The notes under the pieces are model-generated. The model was not told where the DNA came from and did not search any database. It worked only from the letters and a program-made list of their open reading frames with translations. Positions 55,275 through 64,000 of a DNA stretch of 64,000 nt are shown in pieces (the stretch's first letter is position 1; the number at the start of each line of letters is the position of its first letter). The position numbers and the translations under genes are program-made. Source of the DNA: Clostridia bacterium (GTDB lineage: Bacteria > Bacillota > Clostridia > UMGS1883 > UMGS1540); NCBI GenBank assembly GCA_017442155.1, contig JAFSAU010000008.1:67649-131648 (forward strand), given 5' to 3'.

Positions 55275-58200
55275 ATGAAAAAAATACTAACAGTTTGTTT
55301 GTCTCTTCTGCTGTTGTTTGGCACGGCGGGAGTGCTTGCGGCTGATATGACAGACATCGTGACAAACGGCGGCTTTGAAGAGTATGCAGACCATATGCCC
55401 ACAGGGTGGAGTGTTCCGGTGGGAACACCGGGAGAGGATATCACAATCTCCGATGCGGCAGAGGAAGGAAAGGCTTCTGTCCGTCTTTCCGGAAAAAGTG
55501 ATAATGCATATATCAGTCAGGAAATAGAAGGCTTACGTGCCGGTGCGAAATACACGCTTTCTTTTTATATGCTCAGAAAGAAAGGCACTGAGATTACAGC
55601 CCGCGTTGATTTTTCCTACACGGAAAACGGAAGCAGACGGTATTTTTCCGATAATGCCGTCGTAACACCCCTGGGGGAAACGGAAATCGGAAAATGGATT
55701 AAAAAGGATATTCAGTTCACCGTTCCGCCCGGCACGGAAAAAACAGTAATTGCATTCCGCAAGGTAGGGGAGGCAGACGTATACTTTGATACTGTTTCCG
55801 TTTCCGGTGGAGACGAGAGTGGTGAGATTGCAGAGGTAGAGAAAACCGGCACCTGGACGCCCAGTGTCTTCGAGGACGCTGACAACATGATTACTAATCC
55901 TGATTTAGAGAAGATTTCCGACAATTTCCCCGCAGACTGGACACCCATTGCAAAGGATAAGGTAACCCTCAACACCAACAAAGAGTATGCAAGATCGGGT
56001 GACAAGTCTATTAAGATTACAGCGCAGGATTCCAGCTTGCCCTGGGCAAAGTTTGTTATCAGTGAAGGCATTATACCGGGGGCGGAATGTACGTATTCTG
56101 CATGGGTATATTCTCCGACGGAAGCCAACAACGTTGGTTTTAAAACGGAATATTATGTGCAAAACTATGACCATTCCGTTATGACGGGCTTCGCCAATTC
56201 TCCCCGCGTAAACCCCCGTGCAGCAGACGGATGGGTGCAGATAACAGGCACCGACATCATCCCCGATTCCTCTGATTCCGTAACGATTTATATACGTATG
56301 TATGGGCAGGGTGAGGTTTATATTGATGATGTGGAATTCAAACTCACAAAAGGCCCGGAAGCTTTTAATACTTTCCTTACAGATGAAGTATTCTATTATA
56401 GCGAATGGGAAGGTGCAGGCAAGGCAACCGTGACAGCGAACACCACATTTTATCCTGAATTTGCAGGCATGCCCCTGCACTTTACGGTACAGGATAAGGA
56501 AATGGTAATCTATGAAGAAACCATTCCCCTCCATGAATCGGGTAGCACTACCTTTGAGTTTCCGCTTACAGCGCTGGAAGAAAAAATGAAGGGATACACC
56601 ATCCGCGTAAAACTACACGACCATGAGGGTGGCTTTATTGCGCAGAAACAGGATACGGTTTATAAAGTGGACCGACCGAAGTATATTACCGAAGAAGGAT
56701 ATTATGTGGAAAATGGCGAACGGTTTGACCCCGTGTATCTGTATCACATTGCAAGAACAGAAGAAGATTTATCCAAAGCTTCGGAAGCAGGCTTTAACAT
56801 GATTCAGGGATATCCCGTGCAGGAACAGCTTGATCTGCTTGCAGAACATGGCATGAAGTGCTTTGCAGTTCTCTATACCGGCGGCTCCTCGGGCCAGAGT
56901 GCAGGTCACGAATCGAAAATTGAAAATACTATAAAACATGTAACCCAGTTTAAAGACCATCCTGCCATATTCGGCTGGTCCCTCATGGACGAACCGACCC
57001 CGGCGGCTTGGGAAGACCTGAAAAGAGCATATATCGAAATTCGCAAAATCGACCCGAATCACCCTGTTTTCATCACCATGAACAGTCATTTTGATACGTC
57101 CGGTCGATTTGCAGATACCATTTCTGCCGATAGCTACCCCTATGGTTTTTCACCCTTTACGACGACAGATTTTAAAAACGTAGATAAAGTGGTCGATATT
57201 GTTCGTAACCGTAAACCGGTGTATGACCTCCTTCAGGCTTTTGATTATCGGAATTCCTACCCCACAGCCAATGAAATGCGGAATATGATGTACCAGAATT
57301 TCTGGGCAGGGGCGGAAGGTATCGGCATATACTCTTGGAACGATTCCGGAAGAAATGAGGACGGCACAGCCATTCCGCTTTACGATACTCATCTTTGGGA
57401 ACCCATTACATCTTTCTTTGAACTGGAATATGACGAAGTGATTGACCACTTTGTATATAAGAAATATCCGACCTTCAATGAAGTAAGAGAAGAAGGATTC
57501 TGGTACCGCTCCTGGGTAAATGACGGAAGACTCAGCCTCGTTCTTTTAAACCGAAAGGACGAGGAGAATGTAGAGGCAACCGTAAATCTTACAAGTGCAG
57601 ACGGAAAAGTCAAAGTGGAAAACTTTACCGCACGGGTCATAAACGGTGCGGAAGCGGGAATCATAACCGGTAAAGACGGCACGTTTAAGGTAAATCTTGA
57701 ACCGGGACAGACAATTTTGTATAGCATTGATGTAGATAAGAATCTTTCCGGCACGGTTTCCAGCGGCTTCTTCGATATGTATCAGCACGGCTGGGCAGAA
57801 GAAGCGGTAAAAACCTTAAATGAAAAAGATGTTTTATACACAAACGGTCACAAATACTATCCCGGCGAAAATGTAACACGTGCAGATTTTGCATATATGC
57901 TGATGCGTGCTCTGGAGATTCCAGGGGCAGAAGCGGAGCAGTTTGCCGATGTGAAGGAATGGGATTACTATAAGGATGAACTTTCCGCCGGTCGTGATGC
58001 AGGTCTTTTGAACGGCATGGGCGAAAACATTTTCGGTGTAGATAATGACATTTCCCGTCAGGACATGATGGTCATGTGCATCCGTGCACTGGAATATACA
58101 GGAAAGCTGGAAGGCGCACAGGCGGCTGACCTAACCAAATTTACCGATAGCGCATCCATTGCAGATTATGCCGTGGAAGCCGTTGGCAAAATGGTAGGCT

Positions 58201-58301
58201 CCGGCCTCATCGTCGGCAATGCCGATGGTACGGTGAATCCCCTCGGCAATGCAACAAGAGCCGAAGCGGCAGTGATGATTGCACGTCTTATGGCACTTTG
58301 A
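55275..58301 (+). CDS. Secreted CBM4/9-like x2 + GH-A-like TIM barrel + C-terminal 3x SLH protein (paralog A5)
   Basis: 1008 aa with RBS AAGGAG and signal peptide MKKILTVCLSLLLLFGTAGVLA. Motifs include 'IVTNGGFEEYADHMPTGW', 'VYKVDRPKYITEEGYYVENGERF', 'DHPAIFGWSLMDEP', 'IRKIDPNHPVF', 'ISADSYP' and 'LLQAFDY'. Three C-terminal SLH repeats are present ('...NVTRADFAYMLMRALEI'). Confidence 0.8.
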   Translation: MKKILTVCLSLLLLFGTAGVLAADMTDIVTNGGFEEYADHMPTGWSVPVGTPGEDITISDAAEEGKASVRLSGKSDNAYISQEIEGLRAGAKYTLSFYMLRKKGTEITARVDFSYTENGSRRYFSDNAVVTPLGETEIGKWIKKDIQFTVPPGTEKTVIAFRKVGEADVYFDTVSVSGGDESGEIAEVEKTGTWTPSVFEDADNMITNPDLEKISDNFPADWTPIAKDKVTLNTNKEYARSGDKSIKITAQDSSLPWAKFVISEGIIPGAECTYSAWVYSPTEANNVGFKTEYYVQNYDHSVMTGFANSPRVNPRAADGWVQITGTDIIPDSSDSVTIYIRMYGQGEVYIDDVEFKLTKGPEAFNTFLTDEVFYYSEWEGAGKATVTANTTFYPEFAGMPLHFTVQDKEMVIYEETIPLHESGSTTFEFPLTALEEKMKGYTIRVKLHDHEGGFIAQKQDTVYKVDRPKYITEEGYYVENGERFDPVYLYHIARTEEDLSKASEAGFNMIQGYPVQEQLDLLAEHGMKCFAVLYTGGSSGQSAGHESKIENTIKHVTQFKDHPAIFGWSLMDEPTPAAWEDLKRAYIEIRKIDPNHPVFITMNSHFDTSGRFADTISADSYPYGFSPFTTTDFKNVDKVVDIVRNRKPVYDLLQAFDYRNSYPTANEMRNMMYQNFWAGAEGIGIYSWNDSGRNEDGTAIPLYDTHLWEPITSFFELEYDEVIDHFVYKKYPTFNEVREEGFWYRSWVNDGRLSLVLLNRKDEENVEATVNLTSADGKVKVENFTARVINGAEAGIITGKDGTFKVNLEPGQTILYSIDVDKNLSGTVSSGFFDMYQHGWAEEAVKTLNEKDVLYTNGHKYYPGENVTRADFAYMLMRALEIPGAEAEQFADVKEWDYYKDELSAGRDAGLLNGMGENIFGVDNDISRQDMMVMCIRALEYTGKLEGAQAADLTKFTDSASIADYAVEAVGKMVGSGLIVGNADGTVNPLGNATRAEAAVMIARLMAL

Positions 58302-58316
58302 TAAAAGGAGCAAGGT

Positions 58317-60530
58317 ATGTTTTTAAAAAGAATACTTGTGCTGACTCTTTTATGTATCCTATGTCTGTCCCCCGGCACCAATGCCGGGGCGGCAGATGCG
58401 GCAATTACAAATCCGTCCTTTGAAACCCTTCGGGCAGATAACGGATTTCCATCCTCCTGGAGTCGGTCGCATTCTGACCGCATCACAACAAACTCGGATA
58501 AACAGTATGTGCATTCGGGCGATTACTCTCTGAAGTTTGCACAAACAGTTTCGGACTATCCATATGCAAGAACGACCATTACTGGCATTGTCGGCGGTGC
58601 GGAATATACCTTCGGGGCATGGGCACTGACGATGAATCAAAATGTCGGCCTACGGTTTCGCTTCACCTGTATAGACGAAAACGGTGTCTGGCTTCATGAT
58701 GCCATGGGACTTGAAAGCTATAACGGCTATACCGGTTCGTGGTATCATTTTACCGAAAAATTCCGTCCGCCCCGCGGCACAGTCAGCATGTATCTGCAGC
58801 TGAGAATCAGCAGTCCCGGTGAGGCGTATTATGATGATGTATCCATAAGCATGACGGATGGACCGGAAATGCTGTATGATTTTGAAAGTGACAGCACATT
58901 CATTTATTCCGACAGCACCGGGAATGGAACGGTAAGTGTAAAAGTGGATACAGCGTATTATCCTGAGCTTTCGGGGGAGGATGTGACCTTTTCGTTATTC
59001 CGGGAAGATGCACCGGAGACCATACTGAAAACGCAAACCGTGAAGGTGCCGGAAAACGGGGAAGCTTCGTTTTCCTATCCTGTAAGTCTTCTTTCGGAAA
59101 AGCTGAAAGGGTATACCGTAAAATGCAGCTTCAAACCGCCGGAAGGGGAGGAAATCGTAAAAACCCATACGGTTTATAAAGTGGACAGACCGACACATAT
59201 TGATAAGAAAGGCTTTTTCCTGGATGAGAACAACAAAATTTTCACGCCTTCCATTATGTACGGTGTAAATTCCGAGCATTTTGATAAGCTGGAGGAAGTT
59301 GGTGTAAACGCTGTGCAGGGATATCATTCCACGGAGTGGCTCGATGCCCTGCATGAACGGAAAATGAAATGCTTTGTGGTACTGTACGGCGGCGGAAATT
59401 CCGCGGGCAGTGCCGCCCGTCTCAGCACCACAGTGAAGTACGTGAAAAGTGCCATGGAACATCCTGCGGTTTTCGGCTGGCTGATTTTTGACGAACCGAA
59501 TGCTGGAAAATCAACGGATTTGGAAGAATTGGTAAATGCTTATTTGGCAATCCGGGAAATTGATTCCGACCATCCGATTGTTATCACGGCGAATAACCAC
59601 TATGATGTTCTGCATCAGTATACCGATGCAATAATTCAGGACTCCTATCCGTACAACAACACGCGGTTTACCACATATCCGTACACGCGGAATGTGCAGG
59701 CTGTTGCCGAATCGGACGGAAGACCCGTGTATCACCTTATGCAGACCTTTGAGCATTTAAATACCTTCCCCCAGCCACAGGAGGTACGGAATATGCAGTA
59801 CGCATCCCTCTGGGCAGGCTGTAAGGGGTTTGGATGCTTCAAATACAAAGATTGCACAAGTGGAGGGGATAATCTGGATGAAACTGCACTCTGGGCACCG
59901 ATGAAAGCTTTTGCAGAGAGAGAACAGGAAATTGCACTGAATCTTTTTATATATAATAAATACGAAAAGATTGGTGAAGCGGAAACGGAAGCTTGTCAGT
60001 GGGGCGTATGGAAGGATGACGAAGAATATTTCGTCATTGTACGAAGCAAAAAATATAATGAGAGCATAACAGCCGAAGTGTCGGTTACGGCAGAGGGCTC
60101 ATGGCAGGCACAGCCAATTGGGGGCACACTTCAGTCCTTTTCCTCCGGAAACGGCAAGGCAAGTGTTACGGTGGGTGCCGGAGATGTGGTGCTTTTGCGG
60201 ATGAAAAAGGCACTGTTTCTGACAGAGGACGGTGAGCCGGTTACCGAAATTAAAGCCGGTATGAAATTAAATGTTCTTACAGGCGTGGAAACCGATGATA
60301 CAAATAGCCCGTTGCTTTTCATTTCGGTTGTCCGCGAGGATGCGGGAACAGAAGAATGTGTGGATGTCCGCATACCGGACTATACTGTGACAGCATCCGG
60401 CGAAAACAAAAATGTCTACAGCGTGGATGAAACGGTTGAAATTCCACGGGGAATGGGAAGATACAGCGTGAAAATTTTTTATTGGAACCGAAGCCTGCAT
60501 TGCCTGGATGAGGCAAGACAGGTGGGGTAG
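58317..60530 (+). CDS. Secreted CBM4/9-like + GH-A-like TIM barrel protein with C-terminal beta-sandwich instead of SLH (paralog A6)
   Basis: 737 aa with RBS AAGGAG and signal peptide MFLKRILVLTLLCILCLSPGTNAGA. Motifs include 'ITNPSFETLRADNGFPSSW', 'VYKVDRPTHIDKKGFFLDENNKIFTPSIMYGVNSEHF', 'EHPAVFGWLIFDEP', 'IREIDSDHPIV', 'IIQDSYP' and 'LMQTFEH'. The C-terminal ~120 aa end '...KIFYWNRSLHCL'. Confidence 0.8.
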   Translation: MFLKRILVLTLLCILCLSPGTNAGAADAAITNPSFETLRADNGFPSSWSRSHSDRITTNSDKQYVHSGDYSLKFAQTVSDYPYARTTITGIVGGAEYTFGAWALTMNQNVGLRFRFTCIDENGVWLHDAMGLESYNGYTGSWYHFTEKFRPPRGTVSMYLQLRISSPGEAYYDDVSISMTDGPEMLYDFESDSTFIYSDSTGNGTVSVKVDTAYYPELSGEDVTFSLFREDAPETILKTQTVKVPENGEASFSYPVSLLSEKLKGYTVKCSFKPPEGEEIVKTHTVYKVDRPTHIDKKGFFLDENNKIFTPSIMYGVNSEHFDKLEEVGVNAVQGYHSTEWLDALHERKMKCFVVLYGGGNSAGSAARLSTTVKYVKSAMEHPAVFGWLIFDEPNAGKSTDLEELVNAYLAIREIDSDHPIVITANNHYDVLHQYTDAIIQDSYPYNNTRFTTYPYTRNVQAVAESDGRPVYHLMQTFEHLNTFPQPQEVRNMQYASLWAGCKGFGCFKYKDCTSGGDNLDETALWAPMKAFAEREQEIALNLFIYNKYEKIGEAETEACQWGVWKDDEEYFVIVRSKKYNESITAEVSVTAEGSWQAQPIGGTLQSFSSGNGKASVTVGAGDVVLLRMKKALFLTEDGEPVTEIKAGMKLNVLTGVETDDTNSPLLFISVVREDAGTEECVDVRIPDYTVTASGENKNVYSVDETVEIPRGMGRYSVKIFYWNRSLHCLDEARQVG

Positions 60531-60550
60531 AGAGAAAGGCAGGTAACAAA

Positions 60551-63259
60551 ATGAAAAGAAGAATATTAGGAATATTTGTTCTGATAACAATTCTTCTGGC
60601 AGGTATTCCGGCTGGTGCGGAATTTATTGATGTACATGGAACAAAATATGAGGACGCCGTACGGCTGTTATGCGACATCGAAATCATGGAAGGGGTATCT
60701 CCTGATTTTTTTGAGCCGTCAGAACCTGTCCGGCGCAGCGATGCCGCAAGGTACATTGCTTTACTTTCCGGTGTACAGGGTACCGGAGGCGTGGAAGTAT
60801 TTACGGACGTTCCGTCGTCACATCCCGATTTTGCGGCCATTGGTCTTGTGCATCAGATGGGAATTGTTTCCGGTGTGGGTGACGGATGTTTTGACCCGGA
60901 CGGGTTTGTTTCTGCGGCACAGGCGGCAAAAATGCTCGTAACGCTTGCCGGATATCAGCCGCACGCAGAAGCGGAGGGCGGCTATCCTACAGGATATCTG
61001 TCTCTTGCGCATCGTCTGGAAATTCTCGATGGTGTTTCCACAGACGCTTCCTTTGCAAAAGGTGATTTTGCCCGGATGCTTTATAACACTTTGTTTGTCT
61101 TTCCGGCAGAACAGGCTTCATACGGGGATACGGACGGCAGTTATACAGAAAACGAGAAAAATATTTTAAAGCAGTTCCTGCATATCAGCGAAGTAAAAGG
61201 AATGGTCACGGCAAATGCGGCAACGGCTGTGAGAGGTGCTGTTCTCCGCAGCGGGGAAGTGGCTGTGGAAGGAAGCGTGTTTTATGCACCGGATGCCCTT
61301 GCACAGAAAATCGGCAGACAGGTAGTTGTGTATTATAAAGAAAATGAATTCGGGGAAAAAGAGGTTATTTCTTTCCGGGATGCGGGGAATACAACTACAC
61401 TTACTCTGGATGCAGAGGATGTATTGCCTGCCACAACGGTTAATTCCATTGTGTATCAAAGAAGTGAGGACACACGTGCATTGACTCTGGCAATTGCATC
61501 GGATGCGGTAGTGCTTTATAATGGAAGTGCGTGCGCTCCCTTTACAGCAGACGATCTTAGGCCCTTGCAGGGAAGAGTTTGTATTACCGAAACCAGAAGC
61601 GGCACGGCCTCTCTGATTGTGGTGGAAGAGTACAAAGACATGATAGTGGCTGACGTAAACAAAGAAGAAAGCATTCTGTATTTTAAAAATGCTCTGCCCG
61701 GAGAAACCGAGCTTTCTTATGCTGATACCAACGTATATACTACGGTAACAGATACAAAAGGGAATCTGGCAGACTTGGGAAGCTGTAGCAAAGGTACGGT
61801 ACTTTCTGTTATGGAAAGCCGGGATAAGAGCGTGCGGAAAATTGTTGTAAGCACAGAGAAAATCGGAGGCATCATAACGGAAAAGACAGATGATACAGTA
61901 TATATCGACGGCAAATCCTATGCATTTTCTGCAAACTTTGCCGAAACCATTCCGGCAATAGGCGACAATGTACAGCTTGCATTAAACTTTGTCGGAGAAA
62001 TAGTGGCAGTGGAAGCAAATGTTTCTTCCCGAAAATACGGGTATCTGATGTATGCTACCTTTGAGGGAAAAGGACTTTCCAGAGCACCGAAGGTAAAGAT
62101 TCTGACTTCCGATGATGAAATCAAGGTGTTTGAGGCTGCGGAATCTGTAAAGATTAATTCGGTCACAGTCGGAAAAAATGAGCTGTTTAATTCTGAAGCC
62201 ACGCTTTCCGATGCTGCAAATGCGGAGGTTTCTAAGATTTATAACAATAATGAAACAGTGGAACAGCTGATTGTATACGAGCTGAACGAGAAGGGAGAAT
62301 TTAGCTCTATTACAACGGCGGAAAACCGCACAGAGATATTCGAAAGAGACAGAAGCGTATTCTCCCTGCAGTATGAAGCAGACAGCGGAATGTTCCTCGC
62401 ATACGGACTTCGTATGTTTAACTCGAAGCTTAGAATTCCTACAGACACAATTGTTTTCTCTGTCGGTGAAAGCTATACGGGGAGCAACGATGACCAGTAT
62501 AAAGTGACCGCAGGTTCATCCCTGGAGCATTCCGGCCACTATCCGGGTCTGAAATTATACGACTTGAACGAAGAAAATGAAGCGGCAGTGATGGTCACAA
62601 AGCTGGATTTGAGTGATGCTGCATCGATGTACGAATCAAATGCCGTGCTTGTTAAGAGTGTTTCGACAGTGGCACTGGAGGATGGCGAGATTTGTGAGGC
62701 AGTACGTGTTGTAGGTGCCGGCGGAAAAGAACAGCTTCTTTATAATCCGAACGAAATTCAGGCAGTCTTTTCTGCAACGGCAATCACAAATGCGGAGGCA
62801 GATGCAACGGCTGTGGTCGGTGCGGATGGCGCAAAAAAGCTTCCTGCGAACATTGCAATTTCACAGCTTGAACCGGGGGATGTTATCAAGTATGCGGCAG
62901 TTAATGACAATCTGACAAATGCGATGGTATGCTTTAGGGCCGGTTCTCCCAAAGAACTGGAAATGGCTTTTGAAGGAACAACAAGAAAATGGCCTTCAGC
63001 AACTAACGACTATTATCTGGGGCTGTGGGTATATTCAAAAGTAATTTATGCAGGAGAAAACGGCTTCCGTTTCTATGCTACCAACCATAAGGATGAACAG
63101 CGTGAGCGAGTGCATACATACGGCAGTGCAACGGTACTGATCTTTGATACGGTGCGGCAGTCCATTAAAGTAGGAAGTGCGAATTCTCTTTCAAAAGACG
63201 ATATGTTCTTTGCTTCCCGAAAGAATGCGGCAGAACATCTGATTGTAATTTACAGATAA
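60551..63259 (+). CDS. Large cell-surface protein with N-terminal SLH triplet (S-layer-like; paralog B2)
   Basis: 902 aa with RBS GAAAGG and signal peptide MKRRILGIFVLITILLAGIPAGA. The N-terminal SLH repeats are 'FIDVHGTKYEDAVRLLCDIEIMEGV...', 'FTDVPSSHPDFAAIGLVHQMGIVSGVGDGCFDPDGFVSAAQAAKMLVTLAGY' and 'AEGGYPTGYLSLAHRLEILDGV'. The C-terminal '...HLIVIYR' matches B1's '...RIIVVYR'. Confidence 0.7.
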   Translation: MKRRILGIFVLITILLAGIPAGAEFIDVHGTKYEDAVRLLCDIEIMEGVSPDFFEPSEPVRRSDAARYIALLSGVQGTGGVEVFTDVPSSHPDFAAIGLVHQMGIVSGVGDGCFDPDGFVSAAQAAKMLVTLAGYQPHAEAEGGYPTGYLSLAHRLEILDGVSTDASFAKGDFARMLYNTLFVFPAEQASYGDTDGSYTENEKNILKQFLHISEVKGMVTANAATAVRGAVLRSGEVAVEGSVFYAPDALAQKIGRQVVVYYKENEFGEKEVISFRDAGNTTTLTLDAEDVLPATTVNSIVYQRSEDTRALTLAIASDAVVLYNGSACAPFTADDLRPLQGRVCITETRSGTASLIVVEEYKDMIVADVNKEESILYFKNALPGETELSYADTNVYTTVTDTKGNLADLGSCSKGTVLSVMESRDKSVRKIVVSTEKIGGIITEKTDDTVYIDGKSYAFSANFAETIPAIGDNVQLALNFVGEIVAVEANVSSRKYGYLMYATFEGKGLSRAPKVKILTSDDEIKVFEAAESVKINSVTVGKNELFNSEATLSDAANAEVSKIYNNNETVEQLIVYELNEKGEFSSITTAENRTEIFERDRSVFSLQYEADSGMFLAYGLRMFNSKLRIPTDTIVFSVGESYTGSNDDQYKVTAGSSLEHSGHYPGLKLYDLNEENEAAVMVTKLDLSDAASMYESNAVLVKSVSTVALEDGEICEAVRVVGAGGKEQLLYNPNEIQAVFSATAITNAEADATAVVGADGAKKLPANIAISQLEPGDVIKYAAVNDNLTNAMVCFRAGSPKELEMAFEGTTRKWPSATNDYYLGLWVYSKVIYAGENGFRFYATNHKDEQRERVHTYGSATVLIFDTVRQSIKVGSANSLSKDDMFFASRKNAAEHLIVIYR

Positions 63260-63284
63260 AAATTTATTTCTTTTGCATGCAGAG

Positions 63285-63331
63285 CCCCCCTTTTATCAGA
63301 TATTTTTGTCTGATAAAGGGGGTCGTTTTTT
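63285..63331 (+). terminator. Strong rho-independent terminator ending the second surface-enzyme operon
   Basis: 'CCCCCCTTTTATCAGAtatttttgTCTGATAAAGGGGGGtcgttttttg'. Confidence 0.8.
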
Positions 63332-63350
63332 GCTCTGGCTGCGGTTTTGC

Positions 63351-63614
63351 TTAGTTCATGGAAAACTTATTTTTCACCTGGTCGATCTGCTGGGCCGGGG
63401 CCTCGGTTGTGGTATACCAGCCCTTCTGTTCCATCACAGTATAGATGTTATGCTGCATATCCAGTGACTGATTCAGAATGGTTTTAAATTCGCAGTGTAC
63501 GCTTTCCGTGGGGGATTCCTGCACGGCATAGTGATAAAGATTTGATACGGTTTTGGAGGTCAGGAGAATATCATCCATATACTCCCGGTCGGTCATATTC
63601 TGTTTTGCTGCCAT
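63351..63614 (-). CDS. Spore coat protein, Coat F domain family
   Basis: 87 aa with RBS AAAGGAG. 'MTDREYMDDILLTSKTVSNLYHYAVQESPTESVHCEFKTILNQSLDMQHNIY' fits the Coat_F pattern (DILLT.K...Y..A..E). Confidence 0.65.
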   Translation of the reverse strand: MAAKQNMTDREYMDDILLTSKTVSNLYHYAVQESPTESVHCEFKTILNQSLDMQHNIYTVMEQKGWYTTTEAPAQQIDQVKNKFSMN

Positions 63615-63632
63615 TTTTTATGCTCCTTTCAA

Positions 63633-63812
63633 TTACTGGTTCAGTTGTTTTAAGAGGCAGGAATAATGCTGCTGATGCTGCGTGGCAAATTGACGCAGTG
63701 TATTCTGCAGATTTGGGTCCTGTACTTTGGAAGCATAATCGTTGCACTTGGTTTCAAGCTGCTGCTCCATTCCAAGTGCGTCCTCCATATACATCAGTTC
63801 TTTCGGGGTCAT
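63633..63812 (-). CDS. Small spore-coat-associated protein (Coat-F-related, 59 aa)
   Basis: The ATG at 63812 is preceded by AAAGGAG; the track's longer start lacks an RBS. 'MTPKELMYMEDALGMEQQLETKCNDYASKVQDPNLQNTLRQF...' is present. It is in tandem with the Coat-F gene. Confidence 0.5.
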   Translation of the reverse strand: MTPKELMYMEDALGMEQQLETKCNDYASKVQDPNLQNTLRQFATQHQQHYSCLLKQLNQ

Positions 63813-63891
63813 TGTATTCGCTCCTTTACTTTTTTGAATTACAAATTCAGTATTGCCGGAAACGAAACGAAGCATACATGGAAAGAAAGAC

Positions 63892-63920
63892 TTGCTTTTT
63901 TGCTGGAAAGCATGTATAAT
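63892..63920 (+). promoter_or_regulatory. sigA-type promoter upstream of the glycerate kinase gene
   Basis: TTGCTT, a 17-nt spacer, then TATAAT ('TTGCTTttttgctggaaagcatgTATAAT'). Confidence 0.55.
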
Positions 63921-63941
63921 AAGGGAAAAGGAGAGATTTTA

Positions 63942-64000
63942 ATGAAAATTTTGATTGCACCGGATTCTTTTAAGGGAAGTCTTTCGGCGGGGGAAGCCGC
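63942..64000 (+). CDS. Glycerate kinase, N-terminal fragment (truncated by window end)
   Basis: 'MKILIAPDSFKGSLSAGEA' is the hallmark glycerate kinase N-terminus. RBS AAGGAGAG. Confidence 0.7.
   Translation, partial: MKILIAPDSFKGSLSAGEA

Overview
This window is chromosomal DNA from a Gram-positive, spore-forming Firmicute (Clostridia-like). Supporting signs are SLH cell-wall anchoring, Coat-F/YtxC/DUF1540 sporulation genes, gatCAB, and typical sigA promoters. Core GC is about 50-55%. Two co-directional loci, 0.5-21.0 kb and 51.9-63.3 kb, dominate the window. Together they encode six paralogous secreted proteins of 737-1084 aa. Each is built from tandem CBM4/9/22-like jelly-roll modules, a Fn3-like sandwich, and a clan-GH-A-like TIM barrel carrying a 'DEP' variant of the NEP acid/base motif. 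Five of the six end in a C-terminal SLH triplet; the sixth ends in a distinct beta-sandwich. Each locus also encodes a ~900-aa protein with an N-terminal SLH triplet, a CBM-only secreted protein and cytoplasmic sugar-processing genes, with an AraC regulator at the second locus. Neither locus contains a transporter gene. Between the loci lie a tRNA-Trp/tRNA-Ala operon, a secreted SLH protein, a tandem NlpC/P60 pair, tsaD, and a two-gene segment flanked by ~100-bp direct repeats. Next comes a low-GC island of about 8 kb (29.9-37.9 kb) holding seven metabolic genes, several behind copies of a shared promoter box. A housekeeping block follows: trxA-prmA-rsmE-HAD-ung-carD-ispD-ispF-pgi-thrC-gatC-gatA(frameshifted)-gatB. 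Coat-F-like genes and a truncated glycerate kinase gene sit at the end. No CRISPR array, rRNA, transposase, integrase or recognisable defence genes were seen.
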